64,000 nucleotides of DNA. Origin: an uncultured Chloroflexia bacterium (GTDB lineage: Bacteria > Chloroflexota > Anaerolineae > Anaerolineales > UBA4823). The stretch covers positions 301,346 to 365,345 of the forward strand of contig CAVVAJ010000005.1 of the NCBI GenBank assembly GCA_963746255.1, given 5' to 3'. Below are positions 63,772 to 64,000 of the stretch, piece by piece. The notes under the pieces are model-generated. The model was not told where the DNA came from and did not search any database. It saw only the letters and a list, made by a program, of their open reading frames with translations. Each line of letters begins with the position of its first letter. The stretch's first letter is position 1. The translations under genes were made by a program, and so were the position numbers.

Positions 63772-64000
63772 TTATCCAGACGATAACACCGAAATTAACA
63801 TATCCGACAATCTAAACAAGGGAATCTCGCTGGGTAAGTATACTCTAATCGCTGCTTCTCCATTGACAGGGCATTTATACATACAGATCCCACACCCGAT
63901 GCAGAGCTGGTGATTAATGAGTGGGGCTGAGACTGTCGCAGCATTGTCATAGCCGGCTAAATTCTCCCTGATTTCCAACGAGATAGCCTTCTCTGGTCGG
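63772..64000 (-). CDS. 4Fe-4S ferredoxin-domain protein, N-terminus beyond window
   Basis: CIGCGICMYKCP cluster motif. The frame stays open upstream of the TTG at 63978 to the window edge. Confidence 0.4.
   Translation of the reverse strand, partial: RPEKAISLEIRENLAGYDNAATVSAPLINHQLCIGCGICMYKCPVNGEAAIRVYLPSEIPLFRLSDMLISVLSSG

Overview
This 64-kb window looks like chromosomal DNA from a moderate-GC (~45%) bacterium, and Thr/Pro-rich linkers and an LDH-like malate dehydrogenase suggest Chloroflexota. Most of it is core metabolism: a TCA block (mdh, citrate synthase, sucCD), ilvE, trxB, fba, a lipid block (acpP, fabF, plsX), an isoprenoid block (fni plus a polyprenyl synthase), hemW and rsmD. 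It also carries two tRNAs, Leu(GAG) and Gly(CCC).

Several features are not ordinary:
- A dispersed two-module intergenic element occurs five times, always in the same orientation upstream of a gene.
- A lipoprotein gene contains three >95%-identical 708-bp tandem repeats, each encoding a complete amino-acid-binding domain.
- A GC-rich (~55%) island at 57.9-60.5 kb holds a tandemly duplicated, frameshifted AlaDH/PNT-family dehydrogenase. An OrfB-less IS3 remnant and a membrane sulfatase-like gene lie between it and tRNA-Gly.
- Unusual domain fusions include an SPFH protein with a C-terminal excisionase-type HTH, and a 1137-aa GT-C/PMT-like membrane glycosyltransferase fused to an NHL propeller.
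- A 755-aa protein carries a methyltransferase-like motif and a Zn ribbon.
- A stand-alone RelA/SpoT small alarmone synthetase sits in an AT-rich, gene-poor stretch.
- A ChlI-like AAA+ gene, a TPR gene and a URO-D-like gene overlap one another.

No CRISPR array or rRNA was seen.
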